NCBI GenBank assembly: GCA_963703955.1
Contig: CAVPGK010000014.1
Span: forward strand, 32,001 to 96,000
Direction: 5' to 3'
Length of the DNA stretch: 64,000 bases
Origin: Nitrospirota bacterium
GTDB taxonomy: Bacteria; Nitrospirota; Nitrospiria; Nitrospirales; Nitrospiraceae
Part shown: piece by piece, positions 57,765 to 64,000 of the stretch
Numbering within the stretch: position 1 is the first letter of the stretch
Layout of the letters: each line of letters starts with the position of its first letter
Position numbers and translations under genes: made by a program
The notes under the pieces: model-generated
Database searches by the model: none
Seen by the model: only the letters and a program-made list of their open reading frames with translations
What the model was told of the DNA's origin: nothing

Positions 57765-58679
57765 GTGAGAGGAAAAACTATACAGCGCCGATGTGTTGCC
57801 TTTTTGCTTTGTACGGTTGTGCTCGGCGTGGTTGCAGGCTGCGCCGGCCAGTTTACCCGCTCCGAGGCGCTGCCGGAGGTGACATCCGAACAACTGATAG
57901 AGCTCCTGCGTGAACGGGAAGCCACTGTCCAGACGATGAAGGGACTGTTCAGAGCGCAGATCCAGGGCCCAGGGATTCCGATTGCTCAACGGGTAGAAGG
58001 CGCAGTGTATTATCGGCGCCAGGACGCGCTTCGGTTGCAAGGCTTCAATCGTCTTGGGGCGGAACTGTTTGAGTTCGTCCTGGGAGCGGAGGTCTATATG
58101 CTTCGGTTACCGGCGGGCCGGATCCTGACCGGGAGCCCCGCCGAGCTGGAACGGAACGGCAGTATTGCGCGACCGTTCAAGCTGAGTGTCTTGGCGATGA
58201 GCGGTGTGGTCGGCATTTCCGGGGTCACCAAAGAACAGCGGACCGTATTGTCAGTGGATGGGGATCGGTATCGCCTCGATGTGTTCGCCGGACCACGCGA
58301 TCCGCCGGACCCGTCTAGTCCGTTCAGACGCCTCTGGTTTGATCGTCGCTCCCTACAGGTTGTGCAGGAAGAACGACTGACGGCGGCCGGTGACGTGGAG
58401 GCAACGGCCCTGTTTGATGACTATCGACCCGTGGGCTCGGTAGGGGATGGCTCTGTTTCAGTCGCAGCAACTTCGGAGACCACCAATCTCGTCAAGCCGT
58501 TTCGGATCACGGCACAAGATGGGCAGGGGCGAGGATTCATTTTCCTGACGTTTCATGAAATCGTGCCGAATGCCGCGATTAAGCCCGAGGAACTCAGGCT
58601 GACAGGATGGAATGAGCAGCACAGTGGGATGGTTCCCATGATCGCGCATGACCAGTTGGGTGGTGGGTTTGTTGAGTGA
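57765..58679 (+). CDS. Lipoprotein, LolA/LolB-like fold (DUF4292-like)
   Basis: Lipobox 'VAGC'; beta-rich 'RRLWFDRRSLQVVQEE','ALFDDYR'. Confidence 0.6.
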   Translation: MRGKTIQRRCVAFLLCTVVLGVVAGCAGQFTRSEALPEVTSEQLIELLREREATVQTMKGLFRAQIQGPGIPIAQRVEGAVYYRRQDALRLQGFNRLGAELFEFVLGAEVYMLRLPAGRILTGSPAELERNGSIARPFKLSVLAMSGVVGISGVTKEQRTVLSVDGDRYRLDVFAGPRDPPDPSSPFRRLWFDRRSLQVVQEERLTAAGDVEATALFDDYRPVGSVGDGSVSVAATSETTNLVKPFRITAQDGQGRGFIFLTFHEIVPNAAIKPEELRLTGWNEQHSGMVPMIAHDQLGGGFVE

Positions 58680-59407
58680 TGAGGAAAACCGTGAAGCTCC
58701 TGGCGGTTGAAACGGCCACAACACGCCTGAGCGTGGCCTTGTTGGATGGAAAGAAGGCCGTGGCCAAGGTCAATAAGGAAGCCGAAGGACAGCATGCCAA
58801 GCATCTCATTCCGGCGATTGATCACGTCCTGCGCGCGAGCGGGCTCACGCTTCTGGAACTTCAGGGGTTGGCAGTCTCGATCGGCCCGGGCTCGTTCACG
58901 GGGCTTCGGGTCGGGCTCGCGACTGTGATGGCGTTCCGAATGGTGACCGGGCTTCCCCTCGCGGCGGTCCCGACCTTGGAAGCGCTGGCGTGGAATCTGC
59001 GTGGCACGGATCGGCTGGTCTGTCCGGTTCTCAAAGCTCGAAGCGGGGAAGTCTATTGGGCCCTCTATCGGTGGATCGAACCTGAAACGCTCACCTCTGT
59101 CGGTGAGGAACGGGTGGGCACTCTGGAAACGATGGCGCAGTCTCTCAGTGGTTCCGCTATCGTCTTCGGGGAGGGATGGGAGGCGAACCGGGACGCCCTC
59201 CGCCGGATTTTCGAGAAGAGACAATTGCAGGTCGAGGAAGCGCCGTTGAAGGCTAATACCGCATCCGCCATAAGTGTGGGGTTAGCCGGAGGTGACCGCC
59301 TTGCTCGAGGCGAGACCGCAGGCCAGGGCATTTCCCCTCGCTATGTCCAACGGGCGGAGGCGGAGCTGATGATGGAGCGTCGAGCGGCCGGAACTCGAAC
59401 GTCGTGA
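58676..59407 (+). CDS. tsaB: tRNA t6A biosynthesis protein TsaB
   Basis: 'LLAVETAT..LSVAL', 'GPGSFTGLRVG', 'ARSGEVY', 'PRYVQ'. Confidence 0.93.
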   Translation: MMRKTVKLLAVETATTRLSVALLDGKKAVAKVNKEAEGQHAKHLIPAIDHVLRASGLTLLELQGLAVSIGPGSFTGLRVGLATVMAFRMVTGLPLAAVPTLEALAWNLRGTDRLVCPVLKARSGEVYWALYRWIEPETLTSVGEERVGTLETMAQSLSGSAIVFGEGWEANRDALRRIFEKRQLQVEEAPLKANTASAISVGLAGGDRLARGETAGQGISPRYVQRAEAELMMERRAAGTRTS

Positions 59408-59904
59408 GTGTCAGTCCAAAAAGAGAGCAAGCCGGACATGTCCTCATCGAGGTGGCGACCAATCTGGACTTGGAGAGGGTGTTGGAGATCGAGCATGAAT
59501 CCTTTTCGGCTCCTTGGACACGCAAGATGTTCGAAGTAGAATTAGGAGAGAACCCATTCGGATACCTCTTTACGGCTCGGATCACGGGAGAAAATGATAC
59601 CGAGTCGGTAAGAGGCTACGTGTGTTTTTGGGTCGTCTTCGAGGAATTCCGGCTGATGAACCTTGCCGTGGCTCGTTCGGCTCGTCGGCAGGGCATCGGG
59701 AGAGAATTACTGCGAAGCGCCTTGACGCTGGGCCGGCTGGAAGGCGCAACGCGAGCCCTGCTGGAGGTACGCGCGTCGAATGCAGCGGCCCTCCAACTGT
59801 ATGAACAAACCGGATTTCGTCGAACGGCCGCAAGAGAGAAGTACTATACGAACCCCGTTGAGGACGCGGTGTTGATGGAAATGAACCCGTTAGTCGGAGG
59901 GTAG
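59404..59904 (+). CDS. rimI: Ribosomal protein S18 alanine N-acetyltransferase
   Basis: 'IEHESFSAPW', 'NLAV...RRQGIG', 'LEVRASN', 'YYTNPVEDA'; follows tsaB. Confidence 0.92.
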   Translation: MSVSPKREQAGHVLIEVATNLDLERVLEIEHESFSAPWTRKMFEVELGENPFGYLFTARITGENDTESVRGYVCFWVVFEEFRLMNLAVARSARRQGIGRELLRSALTLGRLEGATRALLEVRASNAAALQLYEQTGFRRTAAREKYYTNPVEDAVLMEMNPLVGG

Positions 59905-59975
59905 GAGGAGTTCGAGCTGATGGGGAGGCACCCGGGCTCTGTCCCTTGCGTGCTTCCTAAACCAGGAGGTGACAC

Positions 59976-60209
59976 ATGGTGAGTGAAGATCGGATTGCGG
60001 ATCAGCTGCGCGCCTCGAACACGGAGTTCCGACAATTGGAGGAATCCCACCATCGGCTGGATGTCGAATTGAGCGAGCTGCAAAAGCGGCACGTGCTCAC
60101 CCCACAGGAAGAGATGCTGAAGAAACAAATTCAAAAGGAAAAATTAGCCATGAAAGACAAAATGGCTGAATTTATCCGTCTCTATCGCCAAGAGGCTCCG
60201 TCCCACTAG
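59976..60209 (+). CDS. DUF465/YdcH family protein
   Basis: 'EFRQLEESHHRLD', 'KEKLAMKDKM'; AGGAGG RBS. Confidence 0.8.
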   Translation: MVSEDRIADQLRASNTEFRQLEESHHRLDVELSELQKRHVLTPQEEMLKKQIQKEKLAMKDKMAEFIRLYRQEAPSH

Positions 60210-60213
60210 TGTG

Positions 60214-60999
60214 ATGACACCAATGTCTGCGATTCTCCCCCCCCTGGCTCAACATTTAGCCGCAATCAAACGGCGCCTCATCATCATGGTGGTGACGATG
60301 CTGGCCGCTTTTGTGTTCACCTTTAGTTATGCGCCCGCCCTGATCGATTGGCTCAAACGTCCGTTCACCGACGATCTGATCTTCTACGGGCCGACCGAGG
60401 CGCTCTTTGCGTCGATCAAGGTCTCCTTGTTGGCCGGGGTCGTCTTAAGCTTACCTGTGATCCTCTACCAGTGCTGGAAATTCATTGAGCCCGCGCTGCT
60501 TCCCCGGGAGCAGCGCTGGGCCATTCCTCTCTTCTGCTTGGCGGTAACGTTTTTCGGCTTGGGTCTGGTGTTTTGTAACCTAATTATCCTGCCACTGGTT
60601 ATTCAGTTCTTTGTCGACTTCGGGATGGACAGGGAGCTGACGCCGCAACTCGCGGTCGGGACCTATATTGATTTCAATGTGAAGTTCTTGCTGATTTTCG
60701 GATTTGCATTTGAGCTGCCGCTTGTGCTGACGTTACTCTCCAGGGTCGGTATGATCACGCCGGCCGTGTTGGCGCGGTATCGTAAGCATGCCGTGATGCT
60801 GGCGCTCATTGTCTCGGCCATCGTGACGCCTGATGCGACCCTGTTCACGATGTTGTTGATGGCCGTGCCGCTGATGGTCCTCTACGAACTGGGTATTGTA
60901 GGAGCGAAGCTCTTCGGCCATCGCAACGTCACCGGTGAGTCTGATGGGAGCGAGAAGAGGCCGATACCGGTGGGCACGGCCGGCCAACGAGTACGCTGA
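60214..60999 (+). CDS. tatC: Twin-arginine translocase subunit TatC
   Basis: 'PTEALF', 'YQCWKFIEPAL', 'FELP', 'AIVTPDA', 'PLMVLYE'. Confidence 0.93.
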   Translation: MTPMSAILPPLAQHLAAIKRRLIIMVVTMLAAFVFTFSYAPALIDWLKRPFTDDLIFYGPTEALFASIKVSLLAGVVLSLPVILYQCWKFIEPALLPREQRWAIPLFCLAVTFFGLGLVFCNLIILPLVIQFFVDFGMDRELTPQLAVGTYIDFNVKFLLIFGFAFELPLVLTLLSRVGMITPAVLARYRKHAVMLALIVSAIVTPDATLFTMLLMAVPLMVLYELGIVGAKLFGHRNVTGESDGSEKRPIPVGTAGQRVR

Positions 61000-61036
61000 T
61001 GTGACGTTCAAAGGCAAAAATTAAAGGCAAAAGTAA

Positions 61037-62098
61037 ATGTTCGGAAGGATGAAAAATACAGGCGTCGTCGAGCCATTGATGGCAAGTGGGTTATCTCGCT
61101 TCACTATTACCTCATACATTTTTTGCTTTTGCCTTTTTACTTTCTACTTGCTGAGTCCTTTAGGTCCCGCAGAGGCCCAGCAAGCCGCCCCCAGCATTCA
61201 GGCTTTGACCACGGCCGGAACGCAGACCGTGTACGCCGGCTCCTTCGGCAAGGGTGTGTTTCGCAGTGAAGATCGCGGGCAGTCCTGGGCTGCCGCCAAT
61301 ATCGGCCTCAGTGATCCGTTCATCTTGTGCTTGGCGACAACACACGACGGAACCGTGTACGCCGGGACATTTCGGGGAGGGGTATTCCGGACCCGGGACC
61401 ATGGGAAGAGCTGGCAGCCCGTCAATACCGGGTTGAAGCGTCTTGAAATCAAATCATTGCTGATTCAGCACGGGATCATTTACGCAGGGACGGGTGATGG
61501 TCTCTATCGTCTTCCTGAGGGCACCAACGAATGGTCGGTGGTGACCAAGGGGTTGGATGAAACGCTCGTTCATGCGATCGCCATGGCTTCAGACCGAACC
61601 CTGTACGTGGGGACGTCCGGCAAAGGTCTCTTGCGTTATAAACCCGGCGCGACATCCAAGGATTCGGAGTGGCGCCGTCTCTCGCACGGGCTGATCGATC
61701 ATGAAGGGCTCGTTGAGAATTTTATTCGCGTCTTGACGATTGATAAGGAACAGGCCCTGTATGCCGGCACCTTCGACGGGGGAGTGTTTCGGAGCGGAGA
61801 TGGGGGCATGACGTGGAAGCCGATCAGCCGGGCCCTGCCCAACGATTCCATCCGAGGCATAATTACCAATGAGAAAGGGTTGTTTGTGGCGACCGGCAGG
61901 GGTGTGTTTCGAAGCCAAAACCAGGGTGGGATGTGGATGCCGATCAACAAGGGGCTGACCGAATTATCCATCCAGGCGCTCATCGTGGCCGGTGATGGGG
62001 CCCTCTATGCCGGCACGAGCTCCGGGGCGTTCAGGAGCGATGACGACGGCAAAAACTGGATCGGCATCAGCGAGGGTCTCCAAGCCGGCGGACCGTAA
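61037..62098 (+). CDS. Secreted BNR/Asp-box beta-propeller protein (YCF48/VPS10-like)
   Basis: Repeats 'YAGT..GGVFRS.D.G..W...N.GL'. Confidence 0.85.
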   Translation: MFGRMKNTGVVEPLMASGLSRFTITSYIFCFCLFTFYLLSPLGPAEAQQAAPSIQALTTAGTQTVYAGSFGKGVFRSEDRGQSWAAANIGLSDPFILCLATTHDGTVYAGTFRGGVFRTRDHGKSWQPVNTGLKRLEIKSLLIQHGIIYAGTGDGLYRLPEGTNEWSVVTKGLDETLVHAIAMASDRTLYVGTSGKGLLRYKPGATSKDSEWRRLSHGLIDHEGLVENFIRVLTIDKEQALYAGTFDGGVFRSGDGGMTWKPISRALPNDSIRGIITNEKGLFVATGRGVFRSQNQGGMWMPINKGLTELSIQALIVAGDGALYAGTSSGAFRSDDDGKNWIGISEGLQAGGP

Positions 62099-62192
62099 CA
62101 ACTGACGGGCGGAGGATCAGCACTCCCGTCCTCAAGTGCTGAAGGCCTATCGGTGCATCCATCCGCAACGTTCCGATTCAAGAGGTGTTGCT

Positions 62193-62705
62193 ATGTCGCA
62201 AACGGGGAATGAACCGCGTGCCACGATCAAAATTACGATGAAGGGAGAGCCGCTGGGAGAGATCGTGTTGGGATTCTATCCGGACGTGGCTCCCAACCAC
62301 GTACAGAACTTCATGAAATTGGCCAAGGAGAAGTTTTATGACGGCTGTACCTTTCATCGGGTCATCCCGGGATTCATGATCCAGGGCGGTGACCCGAACA
62401 GTAGGAAGCCGGACCGCTCCACTCACGGTATGGGTGGACCCGGCTACCACGTTCAAGCGGAATTCAACAGCAAACCGCATAGGCGGGGAGTCCTGTCTAT
62501 GGCCCGGTCGAACGATCCCAATAGCGCCGGGTCGCAGTTCTTTATCTGCGCGGCCGACTCGCACTTTCTAGATTGGAAGTACACCGCCTTCGGCGAGGTG
62601 ATCAGCGGGATGGAGGTGGTTGACAAGATCGTCAACGTCAAGCGAGACGGGCGCGACAATCCGCTGGAACGCGTCGAGATGACGGTCGCGGTGACGGAGA
62701 AGTGA
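62193..62705 (+). CDS. Cyclophilin-type peptidyl-prolyl isomerase
   Basis: 'FHRVIPGFMIQGGDP', 'LSMAR', 'SAGSQFFI', 'YTAFGEV'. Confidence 0.95.
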   Translation: MSQTGNEPRATIKITMKGEPLGEIVLGFYPDVAPNHVQNFMKLAKEKFYDGCTFHRVIPGFMIQGGDPNSRKPDRSTHGMGGPGYHVQAEFNSKPHRRGVLSMARSNDPNSAGSQFFICAADSHFLDWKYTAFGEVISGMEVVDKIVNVKRDGRDNPLERVEMTVAVTEK

Positions 62706-62721
62706 GCGTGAGAGGTGCAGG

Positions 62722-63459
62722 TTGAGAGAAGACCGCCGGCTCCCTTACTTAGCCTTAACCTCGACCCTCTTACTGCTCGCCGGTTGCGAAATTCCCCATG
62801 TCCCCTCACGAGTCGTCTACGAAGACCCCATCAATTTTGTTCGGTTGGAACGCGATGCCGCCGTACTTGACGAATTTCCGGAGAGCAAACACAGCCATCC
62901 CTTCACGATCGGTGGAGAAGAGGTGGCCGATCTGCTGCGTGGGTTCAGCGTTCGCGAGCATCGCAACGCCGTCCAGCGGATGATTTTCGGGGAGGCTCCT
63001 CGCGAACCTGTCTTTCGTGAAGAGGAAGTTCGCCTACTGGCCGACAAGCTCGCCGAAGCCCTGTCGCAGGCAAGACCGAATGAGCGCGTGACCTTTTATC
63101 TCAGTCTTCCCCAGACGTCGATCAAGCGGCAAATTACCTCCGGTGGTCTGTACGTGCGGGAACGCCATCTTCACTTCATCCTCGGCAATTTTCGGGTTAT
63201 CTACGGTATTCCGGCATACGGGATGGTTTACGATCGACGATATCCGATGATGCCGACTTCGGCGAAAGGCTTCGACATCTTCTTTGAACCGGCCCGCGCC
63301 CTGGTCCCGCAGCAGGTCCGGTTTTGGAATAGACTGCTGGGGCAGGAAAAAGATGAAATCGTGATCGACCTGCTCAACCTGGGTCCGACGGGGCCGGTCG
63401 CCTCAGGCTCTCAAGGACCGGGGGCCTCGATCCCGGTCAGGGGAAGAGCTGCTGCATAG
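62722..63459 (+). CDS. Hypothetical lipoprotein
   Basis: Lipobox 'LAGC'; 3' end overlaps the convergent TolC-family gene. Confidence 0.7.
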   Translation: MREDRRLPYLALTSTLLLLAGCEIPHVPSRVVYEDPINFVRLERDAAVLDEFPESKHSHPFTIGGEEVADLLRGFSVREHRNAVQRMIFGEAPREPVFREEEVRLLADKLAEALSQARPNERVTFYLSLPQTSIKRQITSGGLYVRERHLHFILGNFRVIYGIPAYGMVYDRRYPMMPTSAKGFDIFFEPARALVPQQVRFWNRLLGQEKDEIVIDLLNLGPTGPVASGSQGPGASIPVRGRAAA

Positions 63460-64000
63460 GCAAGAGTGACCTCCGCGATCTTGTAGTCGTACTGCGCTTC
63501 GGCCAGTCGAGTTTGCGCCGCCCACACTGCGACTTCCGACTGTGTGACCTCCACCACGGATCCCAATCCAAGTTTGTACCGCTGCCGCGCGAGCTGAAGC
63601 GCTTCCTGTGCGGTCTTGACCTGTTCCTGCGCCAACTTGATCTGCTCAGCAAGAGTAACGGTCTCAAGGTAGGACGTTGTCACCTGTTGGGTGAGAGCCT
63701 GTTCAATATTGGCGCTCCCTGCCTGGGCGGCGGTTTGTTGTGCGGCGGCCTCTCGCACCTGGTTTTCAATCATAAATCCGGTGAAGAGCGGCATCGACAC
63801 GAATGCCCCGGCGGTCCACCATCCGCCGGTGGGAAGATCGCGACTGGTATCGAAGGTCTCATAGTTTCCCCCACTGGCCAGGGCCGAGATGGTCGGCAGG
63901 TGCTGTCGCTTCATGGCCCTCACCCGAGCCTCGGCGGAGGCAATCTGTTCCTTGGCTTTCCGAAGCTCTGGGTGCGCCAGGCTTTCGGTGATCAAGGTCT
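63411..64000 (-). CDS. TolC family outer membrane efflux protein, 5'-truncated by window
   Basis: 'HPEL..A', 'LPTIS', 'SMPLFTGF', 'RYKLGLGSVVEV', 'AQYDY'. Confidence 0.9.
   Translation of the reverse strand, partial: TLITESLAHPELRKAKEQIASAEARVRAMKRQHLPTISALASGGNYETFDTSRDLPTGGWWTAGAFVSMPLFTGFMIENQVREAAAQQTAAQAGSANIEQALTQQVTTSYLETVTLAEQIKLAQEQVKTAQEALQLARQRYKLGLGSVVEVTQSEVAVWAAQTRLAEAQYDYKIAEVTLAYAAALPLTGIEAPGP

Noticed and set aside
1..64000. CRISPR array, tRNA/rRNA, transposase or prophage genes
   Set aside because: No regularly spaced direct repeats, cloverleaf/T-loop signatures or mobile-element ORFs recognised by eye

Overview
This is bacterial chromosomal DNA of moderately high GC. Gene content and intergenic repeat style suggest Nitrospirota (Nitrospira-like), which is an inference. 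Most of the window is housekeeping: hlyD, rfbF, hpnD/E, class II ribonucleotide reductase, folB fusion, moaC/moaDE/moaA, accD-folC-lptD, glycogen debranching enzyme, trxA, recN, bcp, radA, tsaB-rimI, tatC, a cyclophilin and a TolC-family gene. The standout is a ~16 kb signalling island (31.5-47.9 kb). On the minus strand it encodes, in order: a REC-PAS-PilZ-PilZ-LuxD-like acyltransferase-SAM methyltransferase fusion; a PilZ-aldehyde dehydrogenase fusion; a histidine kinase with two tandem 7TM sensor domains, translationally coupled to the dehydrogenase; a sigma-54 activator; and a REC-HD-GYP protein. These face an EPS export (Wza-like) gene, an output-less Cache/PAS/GAF sensor and a NarL-type regulator. 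The island looks like a luciferase-free, lux-like fatty-acyl signal synthesis and sensing circuit gated by c-di-GMP (hypothesis). Other notable items are a secreted protein with a complete PHM/DBH-type copper ligand set, an unannotated 57-aa integrase-SAM-like ORF, MITE/REP-like repeats and a deleted RNase H-like pseudogene. I saw no tRNA, rRNA, CRISPR array or transposase. All assignments come from motif recognition by eye; no searches were run.
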